From an uncultured bacterium (GTDB lineage: Bacteria; Patescibacteriota; Patescibacteriia; SG8-24; DYFX01), in the NCBI GenBank assembly GCA_937900255.1, contig CALCDZ010000001.1, positions 57,988 to 121,987 on the forward strand: a stretch of 64,000 bases of DNA, written 5' to 3'. Made by a program: the position numbers and the translations under genes. Of the stretch, positions 48,293 through 57,376 are shown one piece after another. Under the pieces are notes generated by a model, which saw nothing but the letters and a program-made list of their open reading frames with translations, had not been told where the DNA came from and ran no database searches. Numbering within the stretch: position 1 is the first letter of the stretch; each line of letters starts with the position of its first letter.

Positions 48293-48756
48293 GGCTGCGG
48301 ATCGATGATCTTTTTCGCCCGATCGACGAAGAGCACGCCGTCAAGATGGTCGAGTTCGTGCTGCAGCACGCGCGCGAAGAACCCGTGCGCGTCATGGGTC
48401 ACTTGGGCGCCATTGCGGTCGAGCCCCCTGATCTTGAAATCCCGATAACGCCGCACGATCCCGTAGGTGCCCGGAACGGACAGGCAACCCTCTTCGCCAT
48501 CCTCCATGCGCCAGGACTTCCTGACGACCACGGGGTTGATGACGACATGCGGCGTCGTGCCGTCGACCGCCACGAAGACTCGCGCCGGACGGCCGACCTG
48601 GGGCGCGGCGATCCCCACGCCGTCGGCCTTCCACATCGTCTCCACGAGATCATCAATCCAGCCCTGGAACTCCTTAGTCAGGATCGTCGGGTGATCGACT
48701 TCCACGGAGCGCTTGCGCAACTCTGGGTTCGGCAGCGTGATGATAGGGAGAAGCAT
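48289..48756 (-). CDS. def: peptide deformylase
   Basis: GCLSVPG, EGCLS and HELDHLDG motifs. ATGA overlap with fmt. Confidence 0.9.
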   Translation of the reverse strand: MLLPIITLPNPELRKRSVEVDHPTILTKEFQGWIDDLVETMWKADGVGIAAPQVGRPARVFVAVDGTTPHVVINPVVVRKSWRMEDGEEGCLSVPGTYGIVRRYRDFKIRGLDRNGAQVTHDAHGFFARVLQHELDHLDGVLFVDRAKKIIDPQP

Positions 48757-48765
48757 GCGCTCAGA

Positions 48766-49185
48766 TTAGCCTAAAAAAACGTTCATGTCAAGCTGCTTGC
48801 CCGGACGTTTTTTCTTCGGGCCTCTCTTTTTTTCCGGCTTCGGGGAAGCGGCTTCCTCTTTTCCCGACTTCGAGAGCCACATGAAGAACTTGCGGGGGCT
48901 CCGGACGTCGGCGTGATCGGACTTCACCGATGAGAACAAGGCGCGCGCCTGGGCGATTCCCAGCCGCCTGACGATCCCGAGATAGAGCCCGAACTTCGCC
49001 CGTTCGGCGAAATAGGCGCTGATTTCCGCCGCGAGCGCGTGCTCGCCGCTATGGATGCGCCGCTCTTTCCTGGCGTCCGGCGACTCGAGTCCTGGCAACT
49101 GGCCTTTCTTTCCAGGCGGCGGATCTCCCGCTTGCCGCGCCGGGCGCCGTTTGATGACGCCGCCGATGCCTTCCATGGCGGTCAT
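48766..49185 (-). CDS. hypothetical basic protein
   Basis: The ATG at 49185 overlaps the upstream stop in ATGA fashion; the ORF-track start at 49308 would overlap the upstream gene by 126 nt. Lys/Pro-rich C-terminus. Confidence 0.4.
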   Translation of the reverse strand: MTAMEGIGGVIKRRPARQAGDPPPGKKGQLPGLESPDARKERRIHSGEHALAAEISAYFAERAKFGLYLGIVRRLGIAQARALFSSVKSDHADVRSPRKFFMWLSKSGKEEAASPKPEKKRGPKKKRPGKQLDMNVFLG

Positions 49186-49976
49186 GCGAAGCGATAATGG
49201 ATCGCCGCGCAGCCGATGCCGAACGGGCTTTCGTAGCTGAGAAGTTCCGGCACGGCGTCGATCTTGTCGAGGATGCCGGAGAGGATGGTCAGGACGGGCA
49301 ATCCGCACTGCGCGGCCTTTTCGGCCAGCTCGGTCTCGAAGGAAAGCAGCGCCGAGAACTTCCTTTCGCTGAAGATGTCCAGGATCTTCTGGTCGAACTT
49401 CTTCCCGAAGGGCGAGTACCCGGCCGGAGCGGAACGGGTCAGTCGATGCGAGAGGTCCGCCGAAGCGATGACCGCGACGCGCCGGTCGGTGTGCAGAAGG
49501 ACTTCCTGCACGGCTTGTCCGAACTCGAACTGCGCTTTGGGCGGCAGGGAAGCTGGAGTGATCGGGACGATCTGCATGGATGGCAAGTGCGCCGTCAGGT
49601 AGCTGAGCGGTACCGCGACGCCATAATCGAGTCCCGGTTCGGACCGGAGCATGAGCGGGATACCGCGGTCTTCCAGGTGCTCCTGCAAGGCGCTGGCCAG
49701 CCGCATGTCCGCGCGGAAGGTCATGTCGGAATCCATGATCCCGAACTCCTTGAGGTCGCAGATGTACCGTTCGTTCAGGTCGATCGTGAAATGCCCGTCA
49801 GCAGCCGCGCCATGCGGGGAAATCAGGAGGATCGTGTCCGGGTGCGCGGCGTACAGTTCCTGCTCGAGACGGCGCATGGCCGTCACGGTCTTGCGGAGCT
49901 TCTTCAAGTGCTCCTTGCCGATCGACGGCAGGAGGACGGGGGAATGCGGCGTGACGGCGGCGAAGACGATCGGCAT
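49182..49976 (-). CDS. Memo/LigB-like class III extradiol-dioxygenase-fold protein
   Basis: MPIVFAAVTPHSPVL...ISPHGAAADG...ASADLSHRL resembles the Memo1/AmmeMemoRadiSam-B and LigB family. Confidence 0.6.
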   Translation of the reverse strand: MPIVFAAVTPHSPVLLPSIGKEHLKKLRKTVTAMRRLEQELYAAHPDTILLISPHGAAADGHFTIDLNERYICDLKEFGIMDSDMTFRADMRLASALQEHLEDRGIPLMLRSEPGLDYGVAVPLSYLTAHLPSMQIVPITPASLPPKAQFEFGQAVQEVLLHTDRRVAVIASADLSHRLTRSAPAGYSPFGKKFDQKILDIFSERKFSALLSFETELAEKAAQCGLPVLTILSGILDKIDAVPELLSYESPFGIGCAAIHYRFA

Positions 49977-49981
49977 GGCGA

Positions 49982-51391
49982 TCAGTTGGAGGCGAGCGTC
50001 GCCTGGATCGATGCATCGCTGGGCGCCGAAGGGGCCGTGACGGCCGGGCCGAGCGGATGCAAGAGCAGCGCATCAGCCGTGGTCCATACGACGCGCTTCC
50101 ACGAGTACCCGAGCTGCTCGAAGGCCTGGCCCGAGACGATCGGGCGGCGTTGTCCGTTCGAAATCACGTAGACCGTCCGATCGGCTCCGGAGGCGGTGAC
50201 GAGATCGCCGTCCTTGAAGCGGATCGGGTCAGTCGATTCGTATTTTGCGAGCGTCGAAGGCGAGACCTTCGTAGGCTTCTTTCCGGGATAGTCCGCTTTC
50301 ATGATGGCATCGTCGACGACAGGGGATTTCCGGCCGTTCTCCACGAAATAGACGGCTCCAGTCTTCGAGTCCTTCAGGAAGGCGCCGGTCGGATAAGCGC
50401 TTTTCAGGGTGATCATGTCGCCATCCTCGTAGCCGTCCAGGTCGGCCGGGTCGACATCATCGATCTCCTCCGGATTGAAGCCGATCGAACGGAAGACCGT
50501 CATTGACTGGATCGGCCTCTTCCGGTCGCCGACGAGGAGGTAGACCGTTCCGGCGGGAACACGCACCAAAGAGTACTCCGCGAACCTGATAGGCGCACCT
50601 TCCTGGTAAGCGGCCAGGACCGCATCCGAGACCTGGATGATCTTCCCGGCATCGACACGGGTGTGCAGGGCGCTTTTGTTTTCAAAGCGCCTCTTCAAGC
50701 CGCCTTGAATCAGGTACACCTTGCCGTCGGGGCCGGAAAGCGCCGAGCCGTCCGGATAGTCGAGCGCGAACCAATCGGACCAGATGGACTTCAGGTTCTG
50801 GTTGCCATGGAGATGCGGCGTATACGTATAGAGGATGGCCGTGGCCGTGTTCGCCGGCGTGACATCGCGCCCGTCGATCGTGGCCTGCACGCCCGGGAAA
50901 AAGCCGAAGGTGCGTTTCGCGTTCATCCGCTCCTGGTCGTAAATGAAACGGACGAAGGCGGCCGCATTCACGATCTGCGAGGTGAACCCGCGATATCGTT
51001 GCCAGCTCGGGTCGTCGCATGTCGAACCGTCCGGTCGGCCATATCCGGCCGCCCAGTCGATCTGGCAACGGCTTGGATCGCGGTCTTCCACGAGGCTTTG
51101 TTCCTTCTGGATGAGGGCCAGCAGGAAACGCGGGTTCACCCCCGATGCCTTGCCATAATAGTCGATGATGTACCCGGGCGATCTCTGGGAACCGTCCAGG
51201 TCGGGGAAGGTCATCTTCGCCAATGCGCCTCCATGCGCTTCCAGGAACTTCTGCGAAAAACCGGCCGGCACGTCCGTGTCGGTCAAGTCCTGGTCGGAGA
51301 GGACATAGCCTGGATCCGTATCGGCGGCGCGGGCCGGCAACGCTCCGGCCAGCAGGCAGATTTGGAGCAAGATCAGCGGGAATTTCTTCAT
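49982..51391 (-). CDS. secreted protein with four tandem copies of a ~55-aa G-x-V-Y-(L/F)-(I/V)-x-x-G-x-(K/R)-R-P-(I/V) repeat
   Basis: Signal peptide MKKFPLILLQICLLAGALPARA. Repeats GKVYLIQGGLKRRF / GTVYLLVGDRKRPI / GAVYFVENGRKSPV / RTVYVISNGQRRPI. Confidence 0.65.
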   Translation of the reverse strand: MKKFPLILLQICLLAGALPARAADTDPGYVLSDQDLTDTDVPAGFSQKFLEAHGGALAKMTFPDLDGSQRSPGYIIDYYGKASGVNPRFLLALIQKEQSLVEDRDPSRCQIDWAAGYGRPDGSTCDDPSWQRYRGFTSQIVNAAAFVRFIYDQERMNAKRTFGFFPGVQATIDGRDVTPANTATAILYTYTPHLHGNQNLKSIWSDWFALDYPDGSALSGPDGKVYLIQGGLKRRFENKSALHTRVDAGKIIQVSDAVLAAYQEGAPIRFAEYSLVRVPAGTVYLLVGDRKRPIQSMTVFRSIGFNPEEIDDVDPADLDGYEDGDMITLKSAYPTGAFLKDSKTGAVYFVENGRKSPVVDDAIMKADYPGKKPTKVSPSTLAKYESTDPIRFKDGDLVTASGADRTVYVISNGQRRPIVSGQAFEQLGYSWKRVVWTTADALLLHPLGPAVTAPSAPSDASIQATLASN

Positions 51392-51446
51392 ATCTGCCGA
51401 TAGGATAGCATGACGTCAGGTCTCCTGACAATCGTGCGCGGTCATC

Positions 51447-52655
51447 ATGCCGACGACCGCGTTGCCCTTCCCGTCCATCCCGGATACAATCTCTCATATG
51501 CTGATTTCCCGCGCTCATTTCCGCACGATCGGCCTCGTGGGGCTGAACTTGATCGTCGCTGTTGCCGTACACTCCGCTTGGACGGCATGGCTGCCCGCAG
51601 CTGACGCTGCCCAAAAGCCGTCCTCGACAGCCGTCCTCGACAGCGAGGAACAGTTGATTCGCATGGTCGCGAAAGCATCGCCGGCCGTCGTTTCCATCCT
51701 GATAGAAAAGCGGCAGCAGACCGCCCCCGGAGAGGAAGGCGGTTCGGGATCATCGACGGACGGCCTCGCCGAGGTCGGTCGCGGGACCGGTTTCCTGGTC
51801 GATCCGGGCGGCATGATCGTGACGAATCGCCACGTGGCAGGAGACCGGGCGGCGGCGTACACGGTCTTCTTGACGGATGGGCGCTCCTTCAAGGCGGATG
51901 TCGTCGACATCGACCCCGTCAATGACCTGGCCCTGCTCAAGATCGATGCGAACGGCCTGCCGACCGTGCCGCTCGCGGCGGCGGACGACGTACGGATCGG
52001 GCAGACGACCGTCGCGATCGGGAACGCCTTGGGAAAATACGCGAACACCGTCACGCGCGGCATCCTTTCCGGCCTCGGCAGGGACCTCGACGCCACCGAC
52101 GGCCTCACCGGGACGTCCGAACGGCTTGAAGAGCTCCTGCAGACCGACGCCGCTATCAACGCCGGAAATTCCGGTGGGCCGCTCCTGAACAGTCGCGGTG
52201 AAGTCATCGGCGTCGATACGGCGGTGGAGAACGGAGCGCATGGCCTCGGATTCGCGATTCCCGTTTCCGAAGTCCGGAAGGTGCTCGGCTCGTACGCCCG
52301 GTACGGAGCCATCGCCCGGCCTCGTTTCGGAGTGCGGTACGTGGCGATCACGCCCGAACTGGTCCGGGAGCGCGCGCTCCCGTATACATACGGCGCACTG
52401 GTCGACGCGGATGACCCGAACGACGCTTCCGTCCTGCCCGGCAGCCCCGCGTATGCGGCGGGGGTACGCCAAGGCGACATCATCCTGGAAGTCGACGGCA
52501 AGAGGCTGGAAGGGAAGCGCACGCTCGCCAAGGTCATCCAATCGAAAGAAGTCGGTGACGCGGTGACGCTGAAGATCGCGCGCGGCGGCGAGCTCCTGGC
52601 GCTTTCGGCGCAGCTCGATGCCTTTCCGCCGTACGCGCCCGCGCAGACCCGGTAA
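51447..52655 (+). CDS. htrA: HtrA/DegP-family serine protease with PDZ domain
   Basis: Catalytic triad context TNRHV, DLALLKI, GNSGGPLLN, plus a C-terminal PDZ. An alternative start is at 51498. Confidence 0.85.
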   Translation: MPTTALPFPSIPDTISHMLISRAHFRTIGLVGLNLIVAVAVHSAWTAWLPAADAAQKPSSTAVLDSEEQLIRMVAKASPAVVSILIEKRQQTAPGEEGGSGSSTDGLAEVGRGTGFLVDPGGMIVTNRHVAGDRAAAYTVFLTDGRSFKADVVDIDPVNDLALLKIDANGLPTVPLAAADDVRIGQTTVAIGNALGKYANTVTRGILSGLGRDLDATDGLTGTSERLEELLQTDAAINAGNSGGPLLNSRGEVIGVDTAVENGAHGLGFAIPVSEVRKVLGSYARYGAIARPRFGVRYVAITPELVRERALPYTYGALVDADDPNDASVLPGSPAYAAGVRQGDIILEVDGKRLEGKRTLAKVIQSKEVGDAVTLKIARGGELLALSAQLDAFPPYAPAQTR

Positions 52656-52686
52656 GAAACGCCTGACTCATCCGTCTCAACAAGGC

Positions 52687-54015
52687 ATGACACCTATGCG
52701 GAACCTCTCGCGTTTCTCCATCGCCTTCTTCTTCCTCATTTCCATCTCCGGCGCTGCCGGGGTCGCGCACGCGGAAGAGCCGTATTCCGATTCTCTCGGC
52801 CTTTCCGTCCCTCTTGCGGCACCTGCCGCGGAAACCTCCGCATCGGACCAGCCCGCGACCTCGGATGCCGGTAACAGGGCGGCGCTGCCTTCGGAGCCGC
52901 CGTTGATTTCCGCGATCCAAAGGGCCCGCACCCTTTTGCGGGAACGGATCGACACCGATGTCGAGCGGCGGACGAAGCCTGAGGTGGTGAGCGGGTACGA
53001 CGTCTGGGTGAACGTGACCCTGGCCGTATGGGATGCCCGCACTGACGGGATTTCCTTGATCGAAGCGCGCAAGAACGGCACGAAACTGAAGTTCGAAGGC
53101 CTGGAAGACCCCGGCATCAGGGTGCGTTTCAATAACGGCGTCAATACGCAGTTCGCGGTCGACGACGGCGACAAGGTCGTCGTAGCCATCCGTTACCCGA
53201 TCTTCAAGGACGTCACCGTAAAAAAGAAGCATCCTCGGTATGAGCTGCAGGATGTCGTGTACGCGCCGTATTCTCCCGCATTGCGGCAGCCGGAAGTCGT
53301 TTCCTATGGAAGGGGCACCTTGAAAAGCTACATCACCCAGGCGTTCGACGCATATCGGGCCGCAGGCATCCGTTCGCGTGCGTTCCCCGACAAGCTGATG
53401 GCCGACGTGGTCGACCCACAGCTCGTCGAATCGATCGCCCTCATCGAGCACTTGAACGTGGGAGCGCTGGACGGACAGAACGCCCAGGCGGCCCTGGAGT
53501 CCGTGTACGTCACCGTGGCGGCCAACCAGGAAGACGCGTTCGATTATTCGCGTTCTCCCGCCGGAGCGCTCGGGATGGTCCAGTTCATCCCGAGCACCTA
53601 TGCACTCATGGCCAAACGCGCGGAGCTCGGCCTCATCAAGGACTTCACGGCCGGCATGTCCGATCCGGTGAACGCCATCAAGGCGGAGATCGCCTACCTC
53701 GATGCGGAACTGGCCTCGATGCCGCTCTCCGTCAAAGACCTGTACTACGTGGATAACGACCGGGTGAAGGAGTATCTCGCGGCCGGTTACAATGCCGGCG
53801 ATACGCGGGTCAAACGCGCCATCGCCTTGTGGGGCGACGCCTGGTCCGAGACGCATGAAGAGGAGATCGCCACGCTCGCCAAGAAGAAAGGGACGCGCAG
53901 CGCGGCCGTGAAGGCGATGAAGAACGCGACCTTGCGTGCGGAGACCATCGGCTACGTGCGGAAGATGCGCCAGGCGCTCAAGATGCTGAGACCGCCGGAA
54001 CTTCCCATGACCTGA
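52687..54015 (+). CDS. secreted SLT (lytic transglycosylase)-like domain protein
   Basis: Signal peptide MTPMRNLSRFSIAFFFLISISGAAGVAHA. SLT-like SPAGALGMVQFIPSTYA, but the usual catalytic E-S is replaced by D-Y-S. Confidence 0.55.
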   Translation: MTPMRNLSRFSIAFFFLISISGAAGVAHAEEPYSDSLGLSVPLAAPAAETSASDQPATSDAGNRAALPSEPPLISAIQRARTLLRERIDTDVERRTKPEVVSGYDVWVNVTLAVWDARTDGISLIEARKNGTKLKFEGLEDPGIRVRFNNGVNTQFAVDDGDKVVVAIRYPIFKDVTVKKKHPRYELQDVVYAPYSPALRQPEVVSYGRGTLKSYITQAFDAYRAAGIRSRAFPDKLMADVVDPQLVESIALIEHLNVGALDGQNAQAALESVYVTVAANQEDAFDYSRSPAGALGMVQFIPSTYALMAKRAELGLIKDFTAGMSDPVNAIKAEIAYLDAELASMPLSVKDLYYVDNDRVKEYLAAGYNAGDTRVKRAIALWGDAWSETHEEEIATLAKKKGTRSAAVKAMKNATLRAETIGYVRKMRQALKMLRPPELPMT

Positions 54016-54058
54016 CGCGCGCCGGACGTGATAGGCCCGTGTGATACACTGTGGAAAT

Positions 54059-56668
54059 ATGCCGAGACATCGTCTGTACGCCGCCAGTGCGCTCCTGGCA
54101 GGGTTGTTGCCTTTTTCCGTTCATGCGTCCGGCCTCATCAAGGGTTCTTCTTCTGCCGTCTATTACGTCGAGGAAGGCAGGCGGTATGTCTTCCCGAACG
54201 AAAGCGTCTACCGTTCTTGGTATCAGGATTTCTCCGGGGTCGAGACCGTCGACGACCGCGAACTGGCTTCATACCTGATCGGAGGGAACGTGACGTATAA
54301 GCCCGGTTCGCGGCTGGTCAAGATCCAGAGCGACCCGAAAGTCTACGCGGTTGGTCCCGGAGGGGCCTTGCGATGGATAGCGTCGGAAGACGCGGCGCGC
54401 GCCCTCTACGGCGACGGATGGCCGAAGCGCGTGGACGACATCCCGGACGGGCAGTTTCCGGACTATCGCCAAGGGTCGTCGGTCGCGGGCGCGCCCGATT
54501 TCGACATGAACGCCGCAAAGGCGGTCTCTTCCATTTCCGACGATCTGGCGGCACGTACAGGCGCTCCGGCGCCGCAGGATTTCACGGCGGTCAGGTCCGG
54601 GGCCTGGAGCGAGAATTCCACGTGGGGAGGAAAACGCCCTTCGTCCGGCGCGCACGTGACGATCCCCTCGGGCATCAAGGTCCTTTATGACCTGGCGGAT
54701 GCTCCCAGCGTGAAATCGCTTGATGTCGATGGTGCTCTTGAATTTTATCCGGGCATGTCGACCAGGCTTTCCGTCCGGAAGATCGCCGTACGGGGCGCGC
54801 TGACGATCGGCACGAGCGAAGCGCCTCTTCCTTCCGACGTGCAAGCGGAGATCTTCTTGACCGCCGATGCGCCGGGAGACGATGGATTCGTCATCGACGG
54901 CGGGCGTCTTTCCTTGCATGGAGCGGTGAGCGGTCCGTCTTGGACCCGGCTCTCAGCGCCAAGCGCGAACGGCGCTCGCTCGCTGGAAGTCGATCCGCCG
55001 GTCCGATGGCCGGTCGGCGGCGAAGTCGCGGTGCTTGGAGCGAAGGCGGGATCGGCACCGGAAATCCGCAAGATCGCCGCCATCGAAGGCGCGAAGATCG
55101 TCCTGGACGCGCCCCTCGCGGCAACACATCGGTCCGAAGAAGGGCTGCGCACGGAAATCGTCCTCTTGTCCCGCAACGTGACCATAAGAGGGGTAGGGGC
55201 AGGCAACGGAAGTTATGTCCGCGCTTTCGATCGTGCGAGCGTCGACGTATCCAGCGTCGCGTTCCGGGATCTCGGACGGAAGGGGACGGAAGGCCAGTAT
55301 CCGCTCGGGTTGGAAGGGCTGGAGGCCGGTTCGATCAAGGACAGCGTCATCCGATCTTCCGGCAACCGCTGCCTGACGCTCCGCCGTACGAGCGGCGTCA
55401 CGGTCGAAGGGGTCGTAGGCATCGACGCCTACGGCCATTGCTTCGCGACTGCCGAAGGAACGGAAACGGGGAACGTCTTCAGGCATGACCTGGCTGCGTA
55501 CATACATCCGGGCGCGATGGCGGAAGACGCGATTCCGGCCGCATTTTTCATGAAGAATCCGGATAACGTCCTTTCGGAAAATGTCGCGGTCGGCTCCGAA
55601 GGGCACGGTTACTGGTATGACCTGCCGGAAAACGCCATGAAGGACGGCGGTGCCGCGCTCAAGCCGCGCGAGACGGCGCTCGGCGCGTTCATGGGGAATT
55701 ACGCGCGGGGAAACAGGAAAGCCGGCCTCTATCTCGACGATGAGGCGAAGGGGCGCCTGAATTACGCGCCGGAACGGAAAGCAGTCTTTTCCAAGTTCTC
55801 ATCCGTCATGAACGGCGAGCGCGGTTTCTGGATCCGCGGATCGAACATCGAGGTTTCCGGGGCCTATCTGGCCGAAAATCCGATCGGCGGGACGTTCGCG
55901 GCGTTCGGGGCGGCGCTCAAGGATTCCGACGTCCTTGGGCGGCTAAAGGGGTCCGAGGCGCCAGGTCCCGCCCGATACGGTTTCACATATCTTGACGGTC
56001 CGGTCAGCGTGCAGGACGTGCGCTTCTCCCGTTTTGTCGCGCCTTCGGCGGCGCTCGGTTTCGAAGAGAAGGATCCTGCGTTGCCTGACCCTCGGAACAG
56101 TCTGCGCGGCGTGTCGTTCACGGATGCGCGGGCTTGGCGTTTCCAGGACCCGGTGACGCCGGGAGATGCCATGGCCATGGTGCGTGACCTCGACAACGGG
56201 GACGTGATCGCCGGAAGATCCGATTTCCTCGGGCCCCACTGCGTGCCGGACAAGGACAGCGGCGGCGTACGTTGCGCAGACGCCTATGCGCAGGTATCGG
56301 TGGCGCTCCGGGATTCCCCGGGCGACAAGAACATCACCTTCACCAACCTCTCGACGAAGGCTTCGGTGACGCTCGTTCCCGGCCCGGCTTTCGACGGACG
56401 CTACGCCTATGCCACCGTCGCCGAGGGAGGGTCTTATCGCGTGGAGGTCCCGAACGTGAACACGGTACGCGTGGAGTACGACGGCTTGAGCGCCCCTCTG
56501 AAGATACGCATCCCGGCAAGCCTCTCTGCGCAGGTGATTTCGGACGGGAGACTTTTGCCGAAAAAAGAGCTTCCGGACCTCGTACCGGGCGCATGGGCCT
56601 ATGACGCCGCCGCGAAAGAAGCGGCGCTTTGGCTCGCGCAGGGAGACGCTTACGAACTCAGCCGTTGA
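54059..56668 (+). CDS. secreted G8-domain / parallel beta-helix protein with an N-terminal shared ~100-aa domain
   Basis: Signal peptide MPRHRLYAASALLAGLLPFSVHASG. N-terminal AVYYVEEGRRYVFPNESVYRSW...KIQSDPKVYAV...LRWI. G8-like WSENSTWGGKRPSSGAHVTIPSGIKVLYD...LDVDGALEF, then PbH1-like repeats. Confidence 0.65.
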   Translation: MPRHRLYAASALLAGLLPFSVHASGLIKGSSSAVYYVEEGRRYVFPNESVYRSWYQDFSGVETVDDRELASYLIGGNVTYKPGSRLVKIQSDPKVYAVGPGGALRWIASEDAARALYGDGWPKRVDDIPDGQFPDYRQGSSVAGAPDFDMNAAKAVSSISDDLAARTGAPAPQDFTAVRSGAWSENSTWGGKRPSSGAHVTIPSGIKVLYDLADAPSVKSLDVDGALEFYPGMSTRLSVRKIAVRGALTIGTSEAPLPSDVQAEIFLTADAPGDDGFVIDGGRLSLHGAVSGPSWTRLSAPSANGARSLEVDPPVRWPVGGEVAVLGAKAGSAPEIRKIAAIEGAKIVLDAPLAATHRSEEGLRTEIVLLSRNVTIRGVGAGNGSYVRAFDRASVDVSSVAFRDLGRKGTEGQYPLGLEGLEAGSIKDSVIRSSGNRCLTLRRTSGVTVEGVVGIDAYGHCFATAEGTETGNVFRHDLAAYIHPGAMAEDAIPAAFFMKNPDNVLSENVAVGSEGHGYWYDLPENAMKDGGAALKPRETALGAFMGNYARGNRKAGLYLDDEAKGRLNYAPERKAVFSKFSSVMNGERGFWIRGSNIEVSGAYLAENPIGGTFAAFGAALKDSDVLGRLKGSEAPGPARYGFTYLDGPVSVQDVRFSRFVAPSAALGFEEKDPALPDPRNSLRGVSFTDARAWRFQDPVTPGDAMAMVRDLDNGDVIAGRSDFLGPHCVPDKDSGGVRCADAYAQVSVALRDSPGDKNITFTNLSTKASVTLVPGPAFDGRYAYATVAEGGSYRVEVPNVNTVRVEYDGLSAPLKIRIPASLSAQVISDGRLLPKKELPDLVPGAWAYDAAAKEAALWLAQGDAYELSR

Positions 56669-56669
56669 T

Positions 56670-57023
56670 ATGATCAGGATCATCCTGCACGCGCTGGCTT
56701 TCCCCGCCATGCTTTGGCTCGAACGGAAAGGCGGACCGAAGCTCCCTCCGCTCCGCGCGACGCTCGCATGGTATGCGCTCGGCATTCCGCTCATGACCGT
56801 CGAAGCTTCGGTGGGCGGACGCGATTGGCCGATCATCCTCCTGCAGAACCTGCTCATCGCCCTGTTCTTCCTGCCTCCGGCGTACCTGGCTTTCCGTTCC
56901 GCGCGCGGCAAGAAAGGGGTCGCCGGCCCCTTCGCGCTGTTCCTCGCCCTCTCGCTCCTGGCCGGTTTCGTCGTCGCTTCCATTCTCGCTCGCGCGCCTT
57001 CCGTGCAAGGGGTCGCGGACTGA
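56670..57023 (+). CDS. small multi-TM membrane protein
   Basis: 117 aa, 3-4 TM helices, stop/start overlap with the G8 gene. Confidence 0.45.
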   Translation: MIRIILHALAFPAMLWLERKGGPKLPPLRATLAWYALGIPLMTVEASVGGRDWPIILLQNLLIALFFLPPAYLAFRSARGKKGVAGPFALFLALSLLAGFVVASILARAPSVQGVAD

Positions 57024-57065
57024 CGCTTGCGTGGAAGGCGGAACGCCGGTACCCTAGCGGCATAT

Positions 57066-57335
57066 ATGGGATACGCCTCCGACGCAAAAATCGACATCCA
57101 GAGATCCTTGAGGGATTGCGGGGCGTGCGGGTCCGTAAAAGGTCACCTGCATCTTTTCGGCCAAGAGCGCATCGTCAGCGTGTCGTGCCGTTGCGTGTCA
57201 CCGCAATGCCCGCGCTGTGGGCGCCAGCTTCTCGTCGCTCCTGTCACCATGCTCATGAACGACACCGGGGGCATGAGCCGGGAGCATGATTTGCTTCGTG
57301 CGCGATGCGCCTCCTGCGGACCGATGTACGCCTGA
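57066..57335 (+). CDS. small Cys-rich (zinc-ribbon-like) protein
   Basis: CGACGS...CRCVSPQCPRCG...CASCG. The start is uncertain (TTG at 57027 or ATG at 57066). It is overlapped by a long antisense GC-shadow ORF. Confidence 0.35.
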   Translation: MGYASDAKIDIQRSLRDCGACGSVKGHLHLFGQERIVSVSCRCVSPQCPRCGRQLLVAPVTMLMNDTGGMSREHDLLRARCASCGPMYA

Positions 57336-57376
57336 AACCCGTCATTCGGCGGGTTTCGTGCTATACTTACGTCGGT

